Positions 54,187 to 64,000 of a DNA stretch of 64,000 nucleotides are shown in pieces; within the stretch, counting starts at the first letter, position 1; each line of letters opens with the position of its first letter. The position numbers and the translations under genes were made by a program. A model generated the notes under the pieces. That model saw only the letters and a program-made list of their open reading frames with translations. It had not been told where the DNA came from and searched no databases. The stretch is from Octopus vulgaris (Eukaryota): assembly GCA_951406725.2 (NCBI GenBank), contig OX597836.1:36456001-36520000 (forward strand), given 5' to 3'.

Positions 54187-55175
54187 GACACACACACATA
54201 TATACATATATATATAGACACACACACACTTATATATATATATATATATATATGTATATAGCAGCGTAGTACACTTTTGCCTCTAATAAGCAAGTATATA
54301 TATATATATAAATTGTGTACGTCTTTATTATTCTTTCTATTCTCCCATTCTTTCCTTCTTTCTATCAGCTCTTTCACAATTACTTCGTTCATTCCGCTCT
54401 TCGTTCTATCGTTCCCCCTCTCACACATTCCCTGGCCATCTCTTTATGCTCACTTTCCCTCCTCTTTCAATTCAGTGTGTCCCTTTCATTTTTTCTTGGC
54501 CCGGCATCATTTTTCTATCCCTCTGCCTCTACCTCTCCCTCTCTCTCTCTCTCTCTCTCTTCTCTCCCCACGTGACCGGTGTTCGTCCACGCCTGAACTT
54601 TCTTTCATAGTTCGACTACCACCCGTGCAACATCTATATTTCTCCCTATTGCTATCAAATCTAATGTCTCTGCAAAGAGCAAGTCTGATATCGAGGGATC
54701 TAAACGCAGATCAACAGATTTCTTCACAGATATTAAAAGAAAAAATATAACCCAAGTCCTCCCGTTTCACGAATTTGTGATCCTGCGAATTAGGATATAT
54801 GTGTGTAAGATTGCGCGTGCACATGTATCTGAATATGTCTGTGTATATGACTTTATAGGTTTATTCATAGGGTCCCTTTCTGCTCTTAGTAGACTTAACT
54901 CTATTGCAAAAAAGGACGTAGATGTGTAGATTGAGACGGCCTATAGACATTTTCACACAGTCTACAAAACCAGAACTCCCTGTATGTAGGTATATATCTA
55001 TGACCGTGCCCGTATGTGTATGCTGATTTCTCCAGAAGACGAGACATGTTCTCTGAAATGTATGTATATACGCACTCTAAAATTACGTTTGTATATAGAT
55101 ATGTGTGTACGTGTGGGTCTGTGTATGTATGTGTGTGTGCATGCGGGATGGTTGCAACACGATATTGAGCAATAT

Positions 55176-55406
55176 CTATTTCTTTACTGCCAACAAGAGG
55201 CTAAACAGAGAGGATAAACAAGGACAGACAAACGGATTAAGTGGATTGCATCGACCCCAGTGCGTTACTGGTACTTAATTTGTCGACCCCGAAAGTATGA
55301 AAGGCAAAGTCGACCTCGGCGGAATTTGAACTCAGAACGTAGCGGCAGACGAAATACGGTTACCCATTTCGCCCGGCGTGCTAACGTTTCTGCCAGCTCG
55401 ACGCCT
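55176..55406 (-). mobile_element. SINE family B
   Basis: Reverse complement of the B consensus. Confidence 0.9.
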
Positions 55407-55674
55407 ATATCGAGCAATACCATCGTTTCATCTCCTTATTAATCGTGAGCATCGCGAATATGGCTTTTCGGCCCTGCTGGAATTTTATACTTCTTTCAAC
55501 ACTTGTGGAAACGAGAGGTACGTATTGTAGCGAAAGTCAGAGAGATTACCACCCATGTTGCGCATACCTGTGTTCAGTCAAAGAATTTTGTCATTGAAAG
55601 TCTCGCACATTTCGCCTACAGCCAGCTACAGTGTCCATGCAACACATAATGACATCCTTGCGTCTGAAGCTCCA

Positions 55675-55906
55675 TAACTTTTAAACATTAAGATTACTCT
55701 TTCAAATGAAATGCTTATTTATTCATATTGTTTCAATTAGTCACGTGTTGCTTCATAGCTTCAAGATATATCAATGATGTGATTGTTTATTTTTAGAATT
55801 ATCGTGTAAGGTAGGTGAGGGAACTATCTTGTAAGGTAGGCCAGCTTAAATATAAAATACGTAGAATGCTTATGCCAAAAATGGCCAATTTTAATGCTAA
55901 AGGGTT
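55675..55906. mobile_element. Decayed MITE, possibly piggyBac-like
   Basis: Right end aatgctaaagggtt (CCC-starting TIR in reverse) and degenerate left end taactttttaaacatt. Confidence 0.45.
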
Positions 55907-55936
55907 GTACATCCTGGGACTCAAACGAAATCTTAG

Positions 55937-56122
55937 TATTCTGTTGTGTCTGGGGAGAGTCATTTTCATTTTTGCCTTCTAATGTAACGCACTCACCGGT
56001 AAAATTTCCACTTATTTCTTGTTTATATTTTCCTAAAATATTCGCTTCGTCTTGCAACCTTTTCAATAGTCTTAACGTCATAAAGCACAAAAAAAATTAC
56101 TCTCCCCAGACACAACAGAATA
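55937..56122 (-). mobile_element. Short element with 24-bp terminal inverted repeat and a degenerate hammerhead-like fold
   Basis: tattctgttgtgtctggggagagt (55937-55960) / actctccccagacacaacagaata (56099-56122). Confidence 0.7.
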
Positions 56123-56139
56123 TGCTTCAGCATACGGAC

Positions 56140-56557
56140 TCTCTCTTTACTCTCTTTTACTTGTTTCAGTCATTTGACTGCGGCCATGCTGGATCACCGC
56201 CTTTAATCGAGCAACTCGACCCCGGGACTTATTCTTTGTAAGCCCAGTACTTATTCTATCGGTCTCTTTTGCCGAACCGCTAAGTAACGGGGACATAAAT
56301 ACATCAGCATCGGTTGTCAAGCAATGCTAGGGAGACAAACACAAACACACAAACATACACGCACATATATATATATATATATACATATATACGACGGGCT
56401 TCTTTCAGTTTCCGTCTACCAAATCCACTCACAAGGCTTTGGTCGGCCCCAGGCTATAGTAGAAGATACTTGCCCAAGGTGCCACGCAGTGGGACTGAAC
56501 CCGGAACCATGTGATTGGCAGACAATCTACCTACCACACAGCCACTCCTGCGCCTAT
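56140..56557 (-). mobile_element. SINE family C, full length
   Basis: Homologous to 13425-13826. Confidence 0.92.
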
Positions 56558-57244
56558 AAAGAATCTTGCAAACCAAAACCAAAACCAAAACCAAAAACGA
56601 AATCTTAGTAGTTTTATCATATATTTCCTCTTCGTAAACTAATAGTTTCTCACTCCCAGCTGTTGAATGGTTGTTGAACTGTGAACCTTCAAAATTTTGC
56701 TGAACGTGCTCAAGGGAACCATCCAACTCATGAAATAAGTTCAGCAGGGATGCCGGTTTGGTTACTGAATCCCCTACTATGCATAGTGTTGTAATAAATT
56801 GCACGTTGCCAATAGCGCTATGAGTGACCTGCCATTTAGATATATAGAAGATGCATATATGTTTGTTTCTATGGTATGTGTCTGTCTGTGTGTGTGTGTG
56901 TTTGTGTGTGTGAGCGCGATTCCTTGAGAAACTGCGATTCTCGCAAGATAACTAAAATCGCATAATTTGAAGATTGCATTTTCATTGTTATTAAAGACAT
57001 TGTCAGATTATACAAAACACTCATGAAGCTCAGAATGTATTTAAATAAACATATGACACGTTATCCATTCTTGTAACAATGTATACAAATATATTTATAC
57101 ATGTTTGTAAGACGCAATAATAGATAATAACCGCGCGAAGGTACATGATATATTGGTATTCAGTTATATACACGCCTACATAGTTATATACAATTCCATA
57201 CTACATGATGTTTAATTCCCAGTAAAAGTTTTGCTTTAGTCTGG

Positions 57245-57621
<377 letters not shown>

Positions 57622-57776
57622 TACATATATATATATACATATATATGTAATATATATATATATATATATACATACATATATATATATACATATATATAGA
57701 TATAATATATATACATACATATACATATATATAACATGCATATACTTACGTACATATATACACATACATACATACA

Positions 57777-57820
<44 letters not shown>

Positions 57821-57920
57821 CATGAGTGTGTCTGTGTTTATGGGTGTATGTATATATGTGTATATACACATGTTGCTTTAGACGGTATGCAGTTACGAGC
57901 GGTATGTATACATATCTATG

Positions 57921-58142
57921 TGGCAGAAACGTTAGCAAGCCGGGCGAAATGCTCAGCGGTATTTCGTCTACCGTTATGTTCTGAGTTCAAATTCCGCCGA
58001 GGTCGACTTTGCCTTTCATCCTTTCGGGGTCGATAAATTAAGTACCAGTTACACACTGGGGTCGATGTAATCGACTTAATACCTATATCTGTCCTTGTTT
58101 GTCCCCTCTGTGTTTAGCCCCTTGTGGGTAATAAAGAAATAA
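57921..58142 (+). mobile_element. SINE family B
   Basis: Matches the B consensus. Confidence 0.9.
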
Positions 58143-58436
58143 GTATATATGTATGCATACTTTTACTCTCAGAGAATATGGCGAAAACCAAGAGCGAAAG
58201 AGAACAGTATCATGTGTTATAAGGAATAAAGTGCTCGAAGAAAAACGAAGCGAAATAAATCAGAAATATATGAGTAGGGAGAAGTAAAACTAACGTACCG
58301 GAGATGTTTGTGGGGCGTGATAACGAAGACTAGATTTGCAGAGGAGGTCATAAAATTTTCTCTCATTTGCTTCGTATCTTTCTGAAGTTTTTTTGTTTTT
58401 TTTTTTGTTGAAGTTTATCAAATAATAGTAAATACT

Positions 58437-58740
58437 AGGTGCAGGATTGAGTGTGTGGTTAGAAACTTCCTTCCCGACCACTTGATACCGGGAAATGTGT
58501 TCTACTTTAGCCTTGGGTCGACCAAAGCCTTGTGAGAGGATTCGGTAGACTGTCTCCCACCACAATCCCTTGACGACTGAAGTTGGTGCGTTTACGTCCT
58601 CGTAACTTAGCCGTTCAGCTAAAGGCCTGATAAAGCATGTACTAGGTAACAAGGAATAAGTCGTGGGGTAGATTTGTTTGACTAAAGGTGGTGTTACATC
58701 ATGGTCACCGTGAAATGACCTAAAGAAGTAAATGAATAGG
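58437..58740 (+). mobile_element. SINE family C, old copy
   Basis: cgaccaaagccttgtgag...cgtaacttagc...actaaaggtggtg. Confidence 0.75.
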
Positions 58741-58957
58741 AGAATAACATTATCGAATATCATTGCGTTACCGTGTCACTGCTTTTTAGGAAGGTAAATA
58801 CACTATAATTTTTATTCTATATTATTTGTACCAGAAAGGTGTATGGGTACATAGATTGATAGATAGCTCTATATATTTATATACAGTATGCATGCATACA
58901 TACATAAATACCCACAAATGTACATCATATGCGTCTTGATGTGTCTATGTATTTATG

Positions 58958-59097
<140 letters not shown>

Positions 59098-59253
59098 CAG
59101 AGATTTAAAAAAACAGCTTTTATCAATTCAAAATGAACAATTAAATTACGCCATGTAGAAAATTACATATAATAGAAATATTAAAATTAAAATAACAATA
59201 ATATATCAATGATTAAGTAAATTGCAAAAAAATGAATAATAAAAATGTGTATA

Positions 59254-59313
<60 letters not shown>

Positions 59314-59634
59314 GAATAGATAGTCGTGGAAAATGCTGAAAAGCTATTCTTACCAGATTATGTTGCGAACTCAATAACTGAATTTAAGTATGAACCAGAC
59401 GAAGGAGTTACCTTCGAGGTGGACTATAGAAGATATGAACAAATCTTCATTAAAAAGTGCAAAGACTAGGACTCCCCAACAGAAACGTCTGATATAAACT
59501 TTAAAAATAAAATAGACATATTGTGTAAAAAGTGTTTGTTTATAATTTTACAATTTTTGAAGCGTGGAAGGTGTTTATAAGCCATTTAAGAAACACACAA
59601 AAACCGTTAGATTCACTTTAACATTTAAATTTAA

Positions 59635-59685
59635 TTTGTCAAAATATTTTCGTCGCTTTGTGACCGCGACCTGTTCACTGACAAA
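59635..59685 (-). ncRNA. Type I hammerhead fold with G3-C8 swapped core (family H3) in element ~59555-59698
   Basis: Minus: uuuguca-GUGAACA-g-gucgc ggucacaaa gcgac-GAAA-auau-UU-ugacaaa. Confidence 0.7.
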
Positions 59686-60825
59686 ACTTCGTGCTGCATC
59701 TATAAGTTTTTATAATTTTTATAATCTCTTTTATATTTTTTTTTTCTTCATTGGTGTTATGTCTCGCTTCTCTTTCCACAACAGCTTTTTTTTTTTTTCA
59801 ATTTGGCTGGAATCATTCTCTCTACCGCCATCCTCAGAATAGGTCAATAGTTAAGCTGAGCTTAAAGAATGAATTCATTTAGCAGTGCAGGGTTATAACT
59901 CAAAAAAATGTTTGAAAATGTATTTCGCAACATTTATGCTAGTTTTGTAATTTGCAGGAATAGAGAGGGAGATAAAAGTTAATATGATCAATAAAGTTTT
60001 CACGTAAGATTTCTAAATCTCTTTGTTTTCGTATCATCTTAAATTAATAAACATAAAATTCTGCCCGATTTCATTGAAGTAGATAGTTAATTCTGGGACG
60101 CCCTGTATCTTAATGGAGGGCCATATATCTGAACCACATTGAAGAGATTTCTCTTGTTTTTAAGTGCTTGCCGAAATTAATTGCACTCTTAATGTGCACC
60201 TTTGAAAACATGAAAGGCACTTTGTTTCGTTATGTGTTATCGAGCCAATGGTGAGTGGAGAGATTATGTTTAATCACTGAGTTGATTGACGGTGTATGCC
60301 TGAATTTCGGGTCAAAATGCATAGAATAATTAAAGAAAAACAATGTTTTGTGCCTAATGACACCCATGGTGTAGAAACAGCTACGAGAATAGGAAGCTGA
60401 GATGAAGCACGAACAATAGAAAAATAAGAGAAGCCTTTAGAATCGCGTGGTGTTGAGGCATAAGAATGACTTGACAGGAGAAGCTATAATTTGCAAACTG
60501 TGTATGATGTGGTAATGGTATTGTTATTACAGGCATAATGCTAGGGCGGTTATCCAAGAAATTTAGCTGAAGATCCTAACAATGATTGTATTTTAAACAG
60601 AATTCTGGAGACATTGACGCATTCTATAATACGTTGAAGTAGGCTGGCAATATGATGGGTCTCTTGTTGTGAGAAGAATGAGAGATAATGTCGCAACATG
60701 TTAACAATCGTGCGAAACAAACATAGGACAATGTGTTGAATGATTAATTGAATTCCACATAGCATGATGTCAAATTACTCCAGCATTATGATATGAACAG
60801 CCATTTACAGGTATAATTTAAGAAC

Positions 60826-61171
60826 GGGACTCCCTTCGGTCACGACACTGACCATGGGATTGCACCTAGAAAGTTACCCTCCTTGTCACAAGTCTGGGCA
60901 AGGTGGTTTACGGAAGACCAGCAGTCGCCCATGCATAATGGCCTCCCCTCTCCACGCCACCAGTATTATCTAAGGGAAAGGCAGCAGCCGATACAGCTTG
61001 GCACCCGTGACGTCGCAACTCATTTCTACAGCTGAGTTAACTGGAGCAACGTGAAATAAAGTGTCTTGCTCAAAAACACAACATGCAGCCCGGTCCGGGA
61101 TTCGAGCTCACAACCTCATGATCGTAAGCTCGACGCTCGACGCTCTAACCACTGAGCCATGCGCCTTCACA
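60826..61171 (-). mobile_element. CORE-like SINE head D + tail 4
   Basis: Homologous to 63638-63968. Confidence 0.9.
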
Positions 61172-61284
61172 TGAATTACGAACATGGACAATATTACATG
61201 TCGCCAGGCGTAGCTGAATGTAGTAAATTGCAAAAGGAAGCGTCGATTATTTTAGTAGCGTTCAGAAACAGAATTACAAGACAG

Positions 61285-61675
61285 TTGCTGTGATACCCCT
61301 ATCTTTATTTTAGGGATCGTCTTTCGAATTGAAGCAATGTTACCGCAGTGCAATTTCAATGATGCCGAAATATCAAACATTTGATCCCTTTTATTATACT
61401 GATATATATTCAAACTCATCACGGACAGAAATTTTATAAAACTTAACCCATTCCTCTGGAGTCCTGTTTCAGATTATTTTGCTGTGATACCTCTATCTTC
61501 ATTTTAGGGGTCGTCTTCCAAATTAAAGCAATTTTACCGCAGTGAAATGTCAATGATGCCGAAATACCAAACATTTAATCCCCTTTATTATACTGATATA
61601 TATTCAAACCTATCAATGACAGAAATTTTTTATTAAACTTAACCCATTCTCCTGGCGTCCTGCATCAGATTACTT
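61285..61675 (+). repeat. Tandem duplication, two diverged ~194-bp units
   Basis: Units start ttgctgtgatacc at 61285 and 61479. Confidence 0.9.
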
Positions 61676-61822
61676 TCTTCTGATAACACGAATTTTGAAA
61701 CTTAAATTCAAGCTATCGTTTTATGTTCCACCACGAACATTACGCAGAATTTTCTAAATTCACTGGACAAAAATTGTGTTTTCTTATCAGACACAATCAC
61801 GTCTGTGATGTGGAGACACATG

Positions 61823-62039
61823 TATTTCACTACTGCCCACAAGGGGCTAAACACAGAGGGGGCAAACGGATTATGTCGATTACATCGACCCCACGGCGTA
61901 ACTGGTACTTAATTTATCGACCCCGAAAGGATGAAAGGCAAAGTCGACCTCGGCGGAATTTGAACTCAGAACGTAACGGCAGACGAAATACGGCTACGCA
62001 TTTCGCCCGGCGTGCTAACGAGTCTGCCAGCTCGCCGCC
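61823..62039 (-). mobile_element. SINE B inserted into the 5' end of a head A' SINE
   Basis: 14-bp TSD tgtggagacacatg at 61809-61822 and 62040-62053. Confidence 0.9.
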
Positions 62040-62231
62040 TGTGGAGACACATGGCCTAGTGGTTAGAGCAGCGGACTCGCAGTCGAGGGATCGCGGGTTC
62101 GAATATCTGACCGGGCGATGTGTGTGTTTATGAGCGAAACACCTAAGCTCCACGCGGCACCGGCAGAAGGTAATGGCGAACTTCTGCTGACTCTTTCGCC
62201 ACAAACTTTCTCTCACTCTTTCCTCATGCAT
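62040..62231 (+). mobile_element. SINE head A', 3'-truncated
   Basis: Homologous to 48124-48310. Confidence 0.88.
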
Positions 62232-62777
62232 TACACGCTTAGAACTTGACATTCTGTTATTCTATCGAATTTCAGAAACTAGCACTGCATCATATTCATA
62301 TTCTCATCATTTTGAATACAAGAGAGAAAAAAATTTCTAGTGACTGCACTGAAATTCAAAAATATGTGCTTGCAGAGACTTCAAAATGAAGCAACGTAAA
62401 AACAAAATCAAAGGAAAACAAATGAGAGACCAAAAAAAAATACTAAAAACGGAAATGAAAAATTCATAGAAACTGTGTTGAGGCAAATATCATTGTATTT
62501 TGTTTGAACAGTAATGAATGGAGGAAAGAAATTCTATACAACTTCAGATTTGACAACAGCGAATATAGAGTGACAAAGACTCTGTAGAAGAAATTATGGT
62601 GAAAGTAATCGGATTGATAATAACATTTTACCAAAGCAAAAAATATACAACGACTTAGATTGGACTGCCACAAACACATCGATTCTGCAGTGTAGTTTTC
62701 CTTAAAAGCCATGTAACACGTACATTATTTACATTATTTACATTCGACGGATATTTGTCCTCGTCTTGTTTGTTGTT

Positions 62778-62823
62778 AACCCAACGTTTCGGCTGATATA
62801 CCCTCCAGCCTTCTTCAGGTGTC
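62778..62823 (-). ncRNA. Minimal type I hammerhead motif, canonical core
   Basis: Minus: gacac-CUGAAGA-a-ggcug gaggguauau cagcc-GAAA-cg-UU-ggguu (one stem I mismatch). Confidence 0.65.
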
Positions 62824-62878
62824 ATGGGGAAATTTCGAGAAATTTCGAACCTGGGTTCTCATTCGAAATTTCCCCCAT

Positions 62879-62926
62879 GACACCCGAAGAAGGCTTGGAG
62901 GGTATAATCAGCCGAAACGTTGTGTT
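62879..62926 (+). ncRNA. Minimal type I hammerhead motif, U4C copy
   Basis: gacac-CCGAAGA-a-ggcu...agcc-GAAA-cg-UU-guguu. Confidence 0.55.
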
Positions 62927-63181
62927 AATAAAAAACAAGTTGAGGACAAATATCCGTCGAATGTAAATAATGTAAATAATGTACATAATACCTCAACTCT
63001 TAAATATAGAACTGTATCCATGTAACATATTTTACATTTCTTGCATAAATAATAAATACTGCGCTTAAACACTAATACAAGTATGGGTGATTCTTTTATG
63101 CAGTACATGAATATTTGTCATTTTAAGTAGAAAAGTAATGGTTTTCTCGCTGTAGAAATATTTGAATCACTATTACGATAT

Positions 63182-63394
63182 AGAGGATGTGCTGAAAATT
63201 TCCTGGTGTAAAGGGTATGGGGAAAAGCCTGGCTCGAGGCTCAACCTTCTGAGTTATTTTACAAGGCTGAGAAAATCTTAAGGACTGCTGCAATAAGGGC
63301 GTGAATCTGAGAGGGGAATATGTTGAATAAAATTATAATTACCTCAACGTCCTGTTAGTTTCCTTTAACCAAAATCAGGAGGTTTTTCAGCAAC
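63182..63394 (+). mobile_element. Non-autonomous mariner derivative (MITE)
   Basis: Imperfect TIRs tgctgaaaatttcctg / caggaggtttttcagca. Internal CNKGVNLRGEYVE* matches the mariner transposase C-terminus. Confidence 0.75.
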
Positions 63395-63637
63395 AGTCGG
63401 GGACTAGTCTACTAAGATGAATCTTTAAGAAACAAATGATTCTCTGATTAACTTCAATGAAACGCCAATGACTTCTTTGAAATGGTTACGATGTTCTAGA
63501 GCAAAGTATAATCAAGAAACTGAAGCCATTCGGAGAGAAATTTCCCTTCAGAACAACGACAGTGGATATTAGATATTGTTGAAATATAAAATGTTTTCTG
63601 TTCAAACAACTATATTGAGCATATTATGTTTGCACTT

Positions 63638-63968
63638 GTGAAGGCGCTTGGCTCAGTGATTAGAGCATCGAGCTTATGATTGTGAGGTTGTGAGTTCGAT
63701 TCCCGGACCGGGCTGCCTGTTGTGTTCTTGAGCAAGACACTTTATTTCATGTTGCTCCAGTTAACTCAGCTGCAGAAATGAGTTGCAACATCACTGGTGC
63801 CAAGCTGTATCGGCCCCTTTGCCTTTTCCTTGGATAAAATCAGTGGTGTGGAAAGGTGAGGCTGGTATGCATGGGCGCATACCATAAACAACCTTGCCCG
63901 GACTTGTACTTCGGAGGGTAACTTTCTGGGTGCAATCCCATGGCCATTCATGACGAAAGGGGGTCTCC
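63638..63968 (+). mobile_element. CORE-like SINE head D + tail 4
   Basis: gtgaaggcgcttggctcagtg...gagttcgattcccgg...tgtgttcttgagcaagacacttt. Confidence 0.9.
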
Positions 63969-64000
63969 ACAAAAATGTATGATACGTTACATGTCCCTTA

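Larger units (their letters stand above)
62719..63017 (+). mobile_element. Family H4 element with inverted copy (palindrome 62720-62984) and 10-bp TSD
   Basis: TSD ccatgtaaca at 62709-62718 and 63018-63027. Homologous to 44071-44218. Confidence 0.88.

Noticed and set aside
60085-60108. Tc1/pogo-like TIR (tacagggcgtcccagaatt on minus)
   Set aside because: No convincing partner TIR located.

Overview
AT-rich, microsatellite-saturated eukaryotic DNA with no confidently identifiable host gene. Nearly all supplied ORFs are artefacts of (TA)n, (CA)n, (GATA)n, (TATG)n and (ATT)n tracts or of SINE read-through. The repeat content (about 45 copies of several tRNA-headed SINE families) resembles octopod cephalopod (Octopus) DNA, judged from memory rather than a database search. 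Decayed transposons include Tc1, mariner, hAT, a CR1/L2-like LINE 3' end, a Dong/R4-like 3' end and a Penelope-like RT fragment. The main unexplained signal is about 15 type I hammerhead ribozyme (HHR) folds in at least 7 unrelated short elements. Most sit in (TA)n or (AAT)n tracts and several carry a fold-back inverted copy, as Penelope-like elements do. Some families show coherent non-canonical cores: a G3-C8 swap, a possible U3-A8 swap and a shared U6. Several local inverted duplications are also present. All folds were read by eye.
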